Source of the DNA: Octopus sinensis
Lineage: Eukaryota
Direction of reading: 5' to 3'
Assembly (NCBI RefSeq): GCF_006345805.1
Contig: NC_043006.1
Span: 59,768,001-59,832,000 of the forward strand
Length of the DNA stretch: 64,000 bases
Part shown: positions 13,801 to 25,800 of the stretch, piece after piece
Layout of the letters: the number at the start of each line of letters is the position of its first letter
Position numbering within the stretch: the stretch's first letter is position 1
Program-made: the position numbers and the translations under genes
Notes under the pieces: generated by a model
Databases searched by the model: none
What the model saw: the letters and a program-made list of their open reading frames with translations, nothing else
Told to the model about the DNA's origin: nothing

Positions 13801-16800
13801 AGCACTGGTAAGATCACCAAGTAACTTGCAAGACAAAGATCCCCCAATTGAGAGGGGAACTGGTATTGAGGGAGGCGGCTTTGTGCTAGGAGATGAGAGG
13901 TTAGCTTCAGTATGACAGAGGGACCGAAACAGGTGTCTTGCTGTAGAGGAGATACATGGTTACTGCAATCAGAGGGAGAGAGCAAGCAAGAGAGAGAGAG
14001 AGAGAGAGAGAGAGAGCAATTATAGTCATACCAATTTAGCTGCAAAAACTGTATTTTCTGATAGAAAGCCATAACCAGGATGGACCTGAAATAAAATAAA
14101 CAAATACGAAAATTAATCAACAATAACTAATTACAATCTTTAAACATTAACATAATTATTAAATGCATGTCAACAGAAACCAATGAAGCAGTGAGTTGGC
14201 AGAATCGTTAGCATGTTGGACAAAATGCTTAATGGCATTTTGCTCGTCTCTATGTTCTGAGTTCAAATTCTGCTGAGGTCCACTTTGCCTTTCATCCTTT
14301 CAGAGAGAAGACAAACAAGGACAGACAAACGGATTAAGTCAATTATATCGACCCCAGTGCGTAACTGGTACTTAATTAATCGACCCCGAAAGGATGAAAG
14401 GCAAAGTCGACCTCGGCAGAATTTGAACTCAGAAGGTAACGGCTGACGAAATACCGCTAAGCATTTCGCCCGGCGTGCTAACGTCTCTGCCAGCTTGCCG
14501 CCTTGGGTTGATACAATACCAGTTGAACAGTGGAGTCGATGTAATCAACTTATCCCCTCCCTTGGACTTGCTGGCCCTGTGCCAAAATTTGAAACCAATA
14601 TCATTATCATCATCAACATCATTAAGTGTAGTGGATTGGTAGAATCATTACAGCATTGGCAATATTTTTTTCAGCTCTTTACTTCCTGACTTCAGATCTT
14701 ACCAGGGTCAACTTTGCCTTTAAGGTTGTGGACTAGAATTGTTAGCTTTGGACAAAATAGTTAACTACATTTCTCTTTTAGTTCTTTACATTCCAAGTTC
14801 AAATACTGTCATGGTTAACTTTGCTTTTCATCCTTTCAGGGCTAATGGTATCAACTAAACCCCTCTCACTAGAATTTCTGGCTTTGTGCCAAAATCCGCA
14901 ATGACAAAGGTATTGTTTGCAGTCTTCTTTGTCCGTGGACAAGATAAGCCAGAGATGGATAGGGATAAGAAAAAGAGAGAGAGAGATAGGGATAAGAAAA
15001 AGAGAGAGAGAGATAAGGATAAGAAAAAGAGAGAGAGAGATAAGGATAAGAAAAAGAGAGAGAGAGATAAGGATAAGAAAATGAGAGAGAGAGATAAGGA
15101 TAAGAAAATGAGAGAGAGAGATAAGGATAAGAAAATGAGAGAGAGAGATAAGGATAAGAAAATGAGAGAGAGAGATAAGGATAAGAAAATGAGAGAGAGA
15201 TAGGGATAAGAAAATGAGAGAGAGATAGGGATAAGAAAATGAGAGAGAGATAGGGATAAGAAAATGAGAGAGAGATAGGGATAAGAAAATGAGATAGATA
15301 GGTATAAGAAAATGAGAGAGATAGGTATAAGAAAATGAGAGAGATAGGTGTAAGAAAATGAGAGAGATAGGTGTAAGAAAATGAGAGAGATAGGTGTAAG
15401 AAAATGAGAGAGATAGGTGTAAGAAAATGAGAGAGATAGGTGTAAGAAAAAGAGAGAGATAGGTATAAGAAAAAGAGAGAGATAGGTATAAGAAAAAGAG
15501 AGTGATAGGTATAAGAAAATGAGAGAGATAGGTATAAGAAAATGAGAGAGATAGGTGTAAGAAAATGAGAGAGATAGGTGTAAGAAAATGAGAGAGATAG
15601 GTGTAAGAAAATGAGAGAGATAGGTGTAAGAAAAAGAGAGAGATAGGTATAAGAAAATGAGAGAGATAGGTATAAGAAAATGAGAGAGATAGGTATAAGA
15701 AAATGAGAGAGATAGGTATAAGAAAAAGAGAGTGATAGGTGTAAGAAAATGAGAGAGATAGGTGTAAGAAAATGAGAGAGATAGGGATAAGAAAATGAGA
15801 GAGATAGGTATAAGAAAAAGAGAGTGATAGGTATAAGAAAATGAGAGAGATAGGTATAAGAAAATGAGAGAGATAGGTATAAGAAAATGAGAGAGATAGG
15901 TATAAGAAAATGAGAGAGATAGGTATAAAAAATGAGAGAGATAGGTATAAGAAAATGAGAGAGATAGGTATAAAAAATGAGAGAGATAGGTATAAGAAAA
16001 TGAGAGAGATAGGTATAAGAAAATGAGAGAGATAGGTATAAGAAAACGAGAGAGATAGGTGTAAGAAAATGAGAGAGATAGGTGTAAGAAAATGAGAGAG
16101 ATAGGTGTAAGAAAATGAGAGAGATAGGTGTAAGAAAATGAGAGAGATAGGTATAAGAAAAAGAGAGAGATAGGTGTAAGAAAATGAGAGAGATAGGTGT
16201 AAGAAAATGAGAGAGATAGGTATAAGAAAATGAGAGAGATAGGTATAAGAAAATGAGAGAGATAGGTGTAAGAAAATGAGAGAGATAGGTATAAGAAAAT
16301 GAGAGAGATAGTTATAAGAAAATGAGAGAGATAGGTATAAGAAAATGAGAGAGATAGGTATAAGAAAATGAGAGAGATAGGTATAAGAAAATGAGAGAGA
16401 TAGGTATAAGAAAATGAGAGAGATAGGTATAAGAAAATGAGAGAGATAGGTATAAGAAAATGAGAGAGATAGGTAAAGAAAATGAGAGAGATAGGTATAG
16501 AAAATAAGAGAGATAGTATAAGAAAATGAGAGAGATAGGTATAAGAAAATGAGAGAGATAGGTATAAGAAAATGAGAGAGATAGGTATAAGAATGAGAGA
16601 GATAGGTATAAGAAAATGAGAGAGATAGGTATAAGAAAAAGAGAGAGATAGTATAAGAAAATGAGAGAGATAGGTGTAAGGAAAATGAGAGAGAGATAGG
16701 TGTAAGAAAATGAGAGTGATAGTTATAAGAAAATGAGAGAGATAGGTGTAAGAAAATGAGAGAGATAGGTGTAAGAAAATGAGAGAGATAGGTGTAAGAA

Positions 16801-19800
16801 AATGAGAGAGATAGGTATAAGAAAATGAGAGAGATAGGTATAAGAAAATGAGAGAGATAAGTATAAGAAAATGAGAGAGATAGGTATAAGAAAATGAGAG
16901 AGATAAGTATAAGAAAATGAGAGAGATAGGTATAAGAAAATAAGAGAGATAGGTATAAGAAAATGAGAGAGATAAGTATAAGAAAATGAGAGAGATAGGT
17001 ATAGGAAAATGAGAGAGATAGGTATAAGAAATAGAGAGAGATAGGTATAAGAAAATGAGAGAGATAGGTATAAGAAAAAGAGAGAGATAGGTATAAGAAA
17101 AAGAGAGAGATAGGTATAAGAAAAAGAGAGAGATAGGTGTAAGAAAATGAGAGAGATAGGTGTAAGAAAAAGAGAGAGATAGGTATAAGAAAATGAGAGA
17201 GATAGGTGTAAGAAAATGAGAGAGATAGGGATAAGAAAATGAGAGAGATAGGTGTAAGAAAATGAGAGAGATAGGTGTAAGAAAATGAGAGAGATAGGTG
17301 TAAGAAAAAGAGAGAGATAGGTATAAGAAAATGAGAGAGATAGGTATAAGAAAATGAGAGAGATAGGTATAAGAAAAAGAGAGTGATAGGTATAAGAAAA
17401 TGAGAGAGATAGGTATAAGAAAATGAGAGAGATAGGTATAAGAAAAAGAGAGAGATAGGTGTAAGAAAATGAGAGAGATAGGTATAAGAAAATGAGAGAG
17501 ATAGGTATAAGAAAATGAGAGAGATAGGTATAAGAAAATGAGAGAGATAGGTATAAGAAAAAGAGAGAGATAGGTATAAGAAAATGAGAGAGATAGGTGT
17601 AAGAAAATGAGAGAGATAGGTATAAGAAAATGAGAGAGATAGGTATAAGAAAATGAGAGAGATAGGTATAAGAAAATGAGAGAGATAGGTATAAGAAAAT
17701 GAGAGAGATAGGTATAAGAAAATGAGAGAGAAAGGTATAAGAAAATGAGAGAGAAAGGTATAAGAAAATGAGAGAGATAGGTATAAGAAAAAGAGAGAGA
17801 TAGGTATAAGAAAATGAGAGAGATAGGTATAAGAAAATGAGAGAGATAGGTATAAGAAAATGAGAGAGATAGGTATAAGAAAATGAGAGAGATAGGTATA
17901 AGAAAAAGAGAGTGATAGGTATAAGAAAATGAGAGAGATAGGTGTAAGAAAATGAGAGAGATAGGTGTAAGAAAATGAGAGAGATAGGTATAAGAAAATG
18001 AGAGAGATAGGTATAAGAAAATGAGAGAGATAGGTATAAGAAAATGAGAGAGATAGGTGTAAGAAAATGAGAGAGATAGGTGTAAGAAAATGAGAGAGAT
18101 AGGTATAAGAAAATGAGAGAGATAGGTATAAGAAAATGAGAGAGATAAGTATAAGAAAATGAGAGAGATAGGTATAAGAAAATGAGAGAGATAAGTATAA
18201 GAAAATGAGAGAGATAGGTATAAGAAAATAAGAGAGATAGGTATAAGAAAATGAGAGAGATAGGTATAAGAAAAGGAGAGAGATAAGTATAAGAAAATGA
18301 GAGAGATAGGTATAAGAAAATGAGAGAGATAGGTATAAGAAAATGAGAGAGATAGGTATAAGAAAATGAGAGAGATAGGTATAAGAAAAAGAGAGTGATA
18401 GGTATAAGAAAACGAGAGAGATAGGTGTAAGAAAATGAGAGAGATAGGTGTAAGAAAATGAGAGAGATAGGTATAAGAAAATGGGAGAGATAGGTATAAG
18501 AAAATCAGAGAGATAGGTATAAGAAAATGAGAGAGATAAGTATAAGAAAATGAGAGAGATAGGTATAAGAAAATGAGAGAGATAAGTATAAGAAAATGAG
18601 AGAGATAGGTATAAGAAAATAAGAGAGATAGGTATAAGAAAATGAGAGAGATAGGTATAAGAAAATGAGAGAGATAGGTATAAGAAAATAAGAGAGATAG
18701 GTATAAGAAAATGAGAGATAAGTATAAGAAAATAAGAGAGATAAGTATAAGAAAATGAGAGAGATAGGTATAAGAAAATGAGAGAGATAAGTATAAGAAA
18801 ATGAGAGAGATAGGGATAAGAAAATGAGAGAGATAGGTATAAGAAAATGAGAGAGATAGGTATAAGAAAATGAGAGAGATATGTATAAGAAAATGAGAGA
18901 GATAGGTATAACAAAATGAGAGAGATAGGTGTAAGAAAATGAGAGAGATAGGTATAAGAAAAAGAGTGAGATAGGTATAAGAAAATGAGAGAGATAGGTA
19001 TAAGAAAATGAGAGAGATAGGTGTAAGAAAATGAGAGAGATAGGTATAAGAAAAAGAGAGTGATAGGTATAAGAAAATTAGAGATATAGGTATAAGAAAA
19101 AGAGAGAGATAGGTATAAGAAAATGAGAGAGATAGGTATAAGAAAATGAGAGCGATAGGTATAAGAAAATGAGAGCGATAGGTATAAGAAAATGAGAGAG
19201 ATAGGTATAAGAAAACGAGAGAGATAGGTATAAGAAAATGAGAGAGATAGGTGTAAGAAAATGAGAGAGATAGGTGTAAGAAAATGAGAGAGATAGGTGT
19301 AAGAAAATGAGAGAGATAGGTGTAAGAAAAAGAGAGAGATAGGTATAAAAAAATGAGAGTGATAGGTATAAAAAAATGAGAGAGATAGGTATAAAAAAAT
19401 GAGAGAGATAGGTATAAAAAAATGAGAGAGATAGGTATAAGAAAATGAGAGAGATAAGTATAAGAAAATGAGAGAGATAAGTATAAGAAAATGAGAGAGA
19501 TAAGTATAAGAAAATGAGAGAGATAGGTATAAAAAAATGAGAGAGATAGGTATAAGAAAATGAGAGAGATAAGTATAAGAAAATGAGAGAGATAAGTATA
19601 AGAAAATGAGAGAGATAGGTATAAGAAAATGAGAGAGATAGGTACAAGAAAATGAGAGAGATAGGTATAAAAAAATGAGAGAGATAAGTATAAGAAAAAG
19701 AGTGAGATAGGTACAAGAAAATGAGAGAGATAGGTACAAGAAAATGAGAGAGATAGGTATAAAAAAATGAGAGAGATAAGTATAAGAAAATGAGAGAGAT

Positions 19801-22800
19801 AGGTACAAGAAAATGAGAGAGATAGGTACAAGAAAATGAGAGAGATAGGTATAAGAAAAAGAGTGAGATAGGTATAAGAAAATGAGAGCGATATAGAGGT
19901 AGGAAGACAAGACAACACTTACGGCTTGAGCTCCTGTATCTTTGACAGCTTTCAAAATGGCATCCATGTCAAGATAACTTTGGTTGGTTGGTGCTGGCCC
20001 TATACACACAGCTTCATCTGCTAGTTGGGCATGTAGCTTTTGTAGAAATAAAACAACAGTTTACTTAGATGCATACAACTCGATAGATAAATTTAAGATA
20101 ATGTTGTTTTTTGAGGGAGAGGGGGATCCATATTACTCTGTCAAATGTAATAACTATTTATTCATATTATTTTAAATATTTCATGCATTATCTCAAAGTT
20201 TCAAGACTGTTTATTTTTAGAATAACATAGCAGGATAGGTGTGAGAGGCCGGATCTGGATATGTTGGTTTAAATGCTGAAGACACTGCATGTGAGAGGTG
20301 CCAACAATCATAAGCGATTAAATAAAATGTTTTTTAGTAATCAGTTTTGTCTCTCGTACATACTAAGTTCAAACTAGTAAGGTTGATTTGACTTTTAACC
20401 CAGCCAATATCTGGCCCAAATATTGAACTGTTTTAACTTCAACCCTGCCAGACTTGGCTTCTTACACCTACCCTACAATGTCACTCTGAAAATAAATAAT
20501 CATACCATAAAAAATTTTGAAGCTACAAGATAATACATGATTAATTCAAAATGCCGTAAATAAAGAAGCATAACATTTGATAAAGTAATAAAGATGCTAA
20601 AGGGTTAAATCTCTTTCATCAGTACTGGTGTTAATTCAATCAACTGTACTCCCTTTACCCCTTTCCTACAAACCTGTGGTCATGTACTACTGTAAGATAT
20701 CATCTGGGAGTACCCACTCCTGTTATTGATAGCAATAAATGGTGCTTTTTACAGCAACATGAACAATACAGATAACATGTGAGGATAATATGAAATATGT
20801 TTTTTTCTTTTCATTCTTTGTAGTGATTTATTGAGAGGATGAAAGGCAGAACCCTTGACTTATTTCATGACATTTCCAAGAATGGTAGGAGGACGGGAGA
20901 AAGTTATGCTTAGACAGGAGGTCCAGCCTAAATGGTTGCAACAGAGTGGAGTCTGTTAGAAGCACCCTGGATTCAGGTAGTGTGTTAAAACTGGGTGATG
21001 GCTTAAGTGTACCACCCAGTTACAGAAACAATACCTTTGACAGCCTTTCATGAAGTTTGAAAATAAAATAAAAAACTAGGTCTTTACCCATCACTACACT
21101 GCTTGTAAAAATATTTGTTAATCATGCATGTACCATCTTTTAATAGTAGACGTATGTTTGAATTCCTCCCCTTCTTTCCCTTCCTTTAATATATATTCAG
21201 ACAGACAGAGCCGCTTCTCCTTTATAATATAAGATTTAGTAAAATATTTGTCATTATCTACCCTAAAGTCTAACCCCCTCCTCAAAGCAGTAGGGTGGTG
21301 TAAACGGGCAGTGTCAGAGCTATGCCGTCAGGAACTTTGGTTCCTGGTAGGGCCACCCAAGGCGGATTGGTCTGGCACCGAGCGGTATTAGGGCCGCAGC
21401 CTGGCCAACGGGGCTCTGGTGAAAATTCCAAGAGGCATTTGATCGGCAAGCAGCGGCTTCGAGGTCATTCTGTCCCTGCGTCTGTGAAGACTCCGCGGCA
21501 AACAGGGTGTCCTGTCACTCGGGATATGCATGCAGGATGTCAGGGTCCGCTTGTGAATTCAATATTCCCACAAAACTTCTATGAATCCTGGGACCAGAGA
21601 AGAAGCCGGTTCAACCCGCCCTAGGTGAACGCCGCCACAAATACAAGTAATATTTGTCATTATTAAGCTGGTGTTCGCAGCATGAAATTTTGAAGAAAGG
21701 TTTGAATTTTGATCACTTTAAAATGAGAGATTTGTATCATAGATTCAAGGGTGGTCTTAGGCAGGTTGGTATCAAAAGGGATAAGAGTTGACAAATCTGA
21801 CTCACAAACCAACCAACCAGCCAGCCACAGCCAGTTTCAGGTGGTTTGGTATCAAAAGAGTTAACTTCGGTTTTTATAAAATCAAAAACTAAGGGGTAAA
21901 TCTGTTTTAGACAGATTAAGCAGTTCATCACAAGCAATTATTTGTGGAGGCACATGGCCTAGTGGTTAGAGCAGCGGACTTGTGGTTGAGGGATCACGGG
22001 TTCGAATCTCAGATCGAGTAATGTGTGTGTTTATGAGCAAAACACTTAAGCTCCATGCGACTCCAGCAGAAGATAATAGCGAACTTCTGCTGACTCTTTC
22101 GCCACAACTTTCTCTCACTCTTTCCTCCTGCATCTTGCAGCTCACCTGTGACGGACCGGCGTCCCATCCAGGTGGGGAACCTATACACCAAGGAAACCGG
22201 CCCGTATAAGCCAGGCATGGCTCAAGAAGGAACAAAAAATTTTTCAGGACACAATATAATCTTACATGCTATGTTTTGTTAAGAAAGGCAAAAAAAAAAA
22301 GCAGAAAACATTTTACCGCCATTGAGTCAATGTCACTGTGGACAGCCACGGTCTTGATGTTCAAGCGACGACATGTGTTGATCACTCTCACAGCAATTTC
22401 ACCACGGTTTGCTATCAAAATTTTATCAAATTTCTGTAAAAGAAAAATTTGTTTATCATAGTCATCATCATTTTAAAGTCCATTTGCATGGGTCAGACAG
22501 AATTTGGTGACGTACACTTTCTACAGCTGGATGTCCTTCCTGTCTTCCATCATCATCTGTTTCTGAGCAAGATATTTCCCCATGACTGGACATGATCTTA
22601 GAGAGAAATGGAAGAAACGAGGGACTCTGCTTGTATGACAATTTGTAAACATCATCACCATCATCGTTTAACGTCCGTTCTCCATGCTAGCATGGGTTGG
22701 ACGGGTCAACTGGGGTCTGGGAAGCCAGAAGGCTGCACCAGGCCCAGTCTGATCTGGCAGTGTTTCTACAGCTGGATGCCCTTCCTAACGCCAACCACTC

Positions 22801-25800
22801 CGTGAGTGTAGTGGGTGCTTTTTACGTGCCACCAACACAGGTGCCAGACGAGGCTGGCAAATCATTTTTAATTATCGCATGATGTCAAGACAAGGAGAGA
22901 GACACAGACACAACAGACTTTATTCAGTTTCCTCTACCACATCAACTCAAAAGGCTTTGGTTAGTCCAGGGCTATAATAGAAAACACTTGGCTAAAGTGT
23001 CATGCAAGTGGGACTGAACCTGAAACCATATGATTGGGAATTGAACTGCTTAACTACACAGCCATGCTCGCATCTAGAAGTGTAATTTATGTAAATTTAT
23101 ATTGAAATTTTCATAGCATTAATAAAAACACAATAGCAAAACAGATTTTTAAAACTATGGAGAAATTTGTTTAAACAACTTCCTACAACTATGGAATTTA
23201 TTTCCTATTTGTTTAATGAAGCAGAATCAAGCCTTTTTCATGCAGTAAAACAAAAACTAAGATATACATGCAAAGGGAAAAATTATTTATATTTTGGAAG
23301 GTATTATTGATTAGCTTTGATCAATTAACATTAAGAATAGGCACAGGCATGGCTGTGTGCTCCCCAACTATGTGGTCTCAGGTTCATCCCTAGTGTGTGG
23401 CACCTTGGGAAAGTGTCTTTTACTAAAGGCCCAGACTGACCAAAGCCTTGAGACTAGATTTGGTAGGCAGAAATGAAAGAAGCCCCCCACCCCACCTCAT
23501 GTGTATGTGTTCCCTTGTGTTGACATCACATGATGGTCGTAAATAAATATCAATGCCATGCAAGCCATGTTGTCTGTGTCTAGTCTTCTGTGAAAACATG
23601 TCTAACCATGAGGAAATATTACCTTGCTTGGAAACAGGTGAGGATTGGAAACAGGAAGGGCATCCAAGCCGTAGAAAATCTACCTCAACAAATTCTATCT
23701 GAAAACTGAATGTTAAATGATGATGGAAAGCTACAGAACATAGTCAGCCAAACAATTACATCATTCAGAGATAAAATACACTAAATATACCATATCTCCA
23801 CTGAGTCGAAGATGATACTGTCTACTCTGGACATAATGCATTTTCTCTGTTTAATCTGTCCCTAAAGATAAACTACAATAAAATAGTCATTTGGTAATGC
23901 ATTTATTTACATTACTGCAATGCTTTGTGTGTGTATATCAGCGTGTTTATCTAGTTTCAGCAGAAAAGACAGTGTTCTTTAAACAAGTCCTTTGTAAAGG
24001 AGCCCAACACCATGGACATGTTGACCTCCGATATGACCTTTGCAATCACCTGCAAAGGTCAACTCCTGCCTTTGGTCCAGGGTAAGGTCCTCTCCGTCAA
24101 GCCTTCTCGCTTCCCTAGGAAGCTATCTATCGCCCCTCCCTTCAGAAAGTGTATGACAAACTCATCTTTCCTCCTTCTGGGAGGGGCCACTGCTCCCTCT
24201 GTCGATGGCACACCTTCCCACCGACAGAGTTTTGGGGCATGCTGGCAGTTGATTGTTAACTGCCAGCAAGAAAAGACAGTGTTCTTAAAATGGCATTGTA
24301 ACAATATTTTGGACAATTGTATATCTGTCTGGACTGAGTGAAAAAGAAAATGTTCTTAGGAGTATGTTGTAATAGAGTTCTTAGGATATACAGAGTGACA
24401 GAATTTGACAGAATTTTACATAGTGCCTCCATTCTTTTAGTACCTGGTAAAAATGATTCCATCCTTCTGTAGTGTAGCAGCATTAGCAGAGTTCATCTCT
24501 AAAGAGTTAAGGTTTATAGATAGAGAGAAAAAAAAATGTTAAACCACATTAAGTTTATGTAGGAAGAATTTGGTAATCCTTTGAACAATGTTGACAACAA
24601 AACAAAATTTTATTTCCATACTCACCGTTTCATTTTTGTCAGATGCATCGTTCCAATAGATCTCTTTGGAAAGTTGAGATGCAGAATTTGTGGTGCAAAG
24701 GCATCTTGTAGAGTTTCTGTAAATCTGAAATATTTCAACAAGAGAACTACATTCAGAGAAGAAAGCAAGAAAGAACTGCTCAAATCAAAAAGTACAAATC
24801 ATGGAAGTAACAAAATCAAGAATCAAAGGAAATTTATATAAAACAGAGTGATATCTGAACCATAGACAACTTAAATGAGAAAGCATCTGACAAACAACAA
24901 AATGTTCAATAGTTCACAAGTCATCAGCCCCTAATTGCATCAATAATAAAAATAATTATTTCCCTGAACCCTAGTCCACATAGCTACAAAAAAGTACCAC
25001 AGGGCTGTATTGCTCATACTAAAATTAACCAAGTGTTTTGTTGGTTTGCAATGTGAAGTTCAGCTCTTCCTGTCAGTGGTTGTCATTCAGCAGTGTTGGT
25101 TCCCTACTCATATTGCATGTGTGTGTAAGTGTGTAAAAAAAGGTGCATAGTCATGACCGTATGGTTAAGAAGATTGCTTTACAACAACATAGTTTCAGAT
25201 CCTGTCCCACTGTAACAGCATCTTCAGCAAGTGTCTTGTATCATACCTATAGCCTGACCAATGCCTTGTGATTTAATATGGTAAAACAAACTGTATAAAG
25301 CCTACCATGCAAAGATGGGTTGGGGGTGGTTAATGCTTACATTCTGCACTATGCATGAAAAATTGTAGAGCTACAGATGGAGATGATATTTGTGATATTT
25401 CCCTGTCAACAAATTGTTTAGTAGGTCTTCACTTTCAAAGACAAGTGAACTGAAAACTCCCATACTTAAAAGCAGATGAAATTTAACAACAGAAACAGCA
25501 CCCATTTGTAAAACAATGGCTTAATAAGTATTCATCTAACCTATGTAAAACAAATGAGCAATACCTATGAATTTTGGTAACTGTTACATCCATTTTTCCA
25601 TATCAGCATGGATTAGACAAATACAATATTGAGGTTTTTATTTTAAAGAGATCATGTCACTGCATAGAAGTTCCCCTCACTGGCTACTGTTAGTGTAGGC
25701 ATTTGAGCTTTTCTCTCTCTCTCTCCCCCCCCCTCCATTTCAGGGATCAAATTCATTATTAAGTTTATTGCCATCACAAAACAACCAATCAAAATGATAA

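Noticed and set aside
14886-15203. ERDKDKKM repeat ORF on the + strand
   Set aside because: It is a translation of the 25-bp satellite units, with no supporting gene structure.
14959-19893. CRISPR-like array
   Set aside because: The units are contiguous with no unique spacers, the context is a eukaryotic intron, and there are no cas genes.
14799-20009. 1736-aa and 1687-aa ORFs as giant membrane proteins
   Set aside because: They arise from a 23-bp satellite with no stop codons in any frame. Only the first about 29 aa are real (PCCA exon 4, which has a canonical donor at 19922).
21258-21420. Complete HDV-like ribozyme fold
   Set aside because: Local helices were found, but no P1/P1.1/P2/P3 plus J4/2 arrangement could be built by eye; kept only as a hypothesis.
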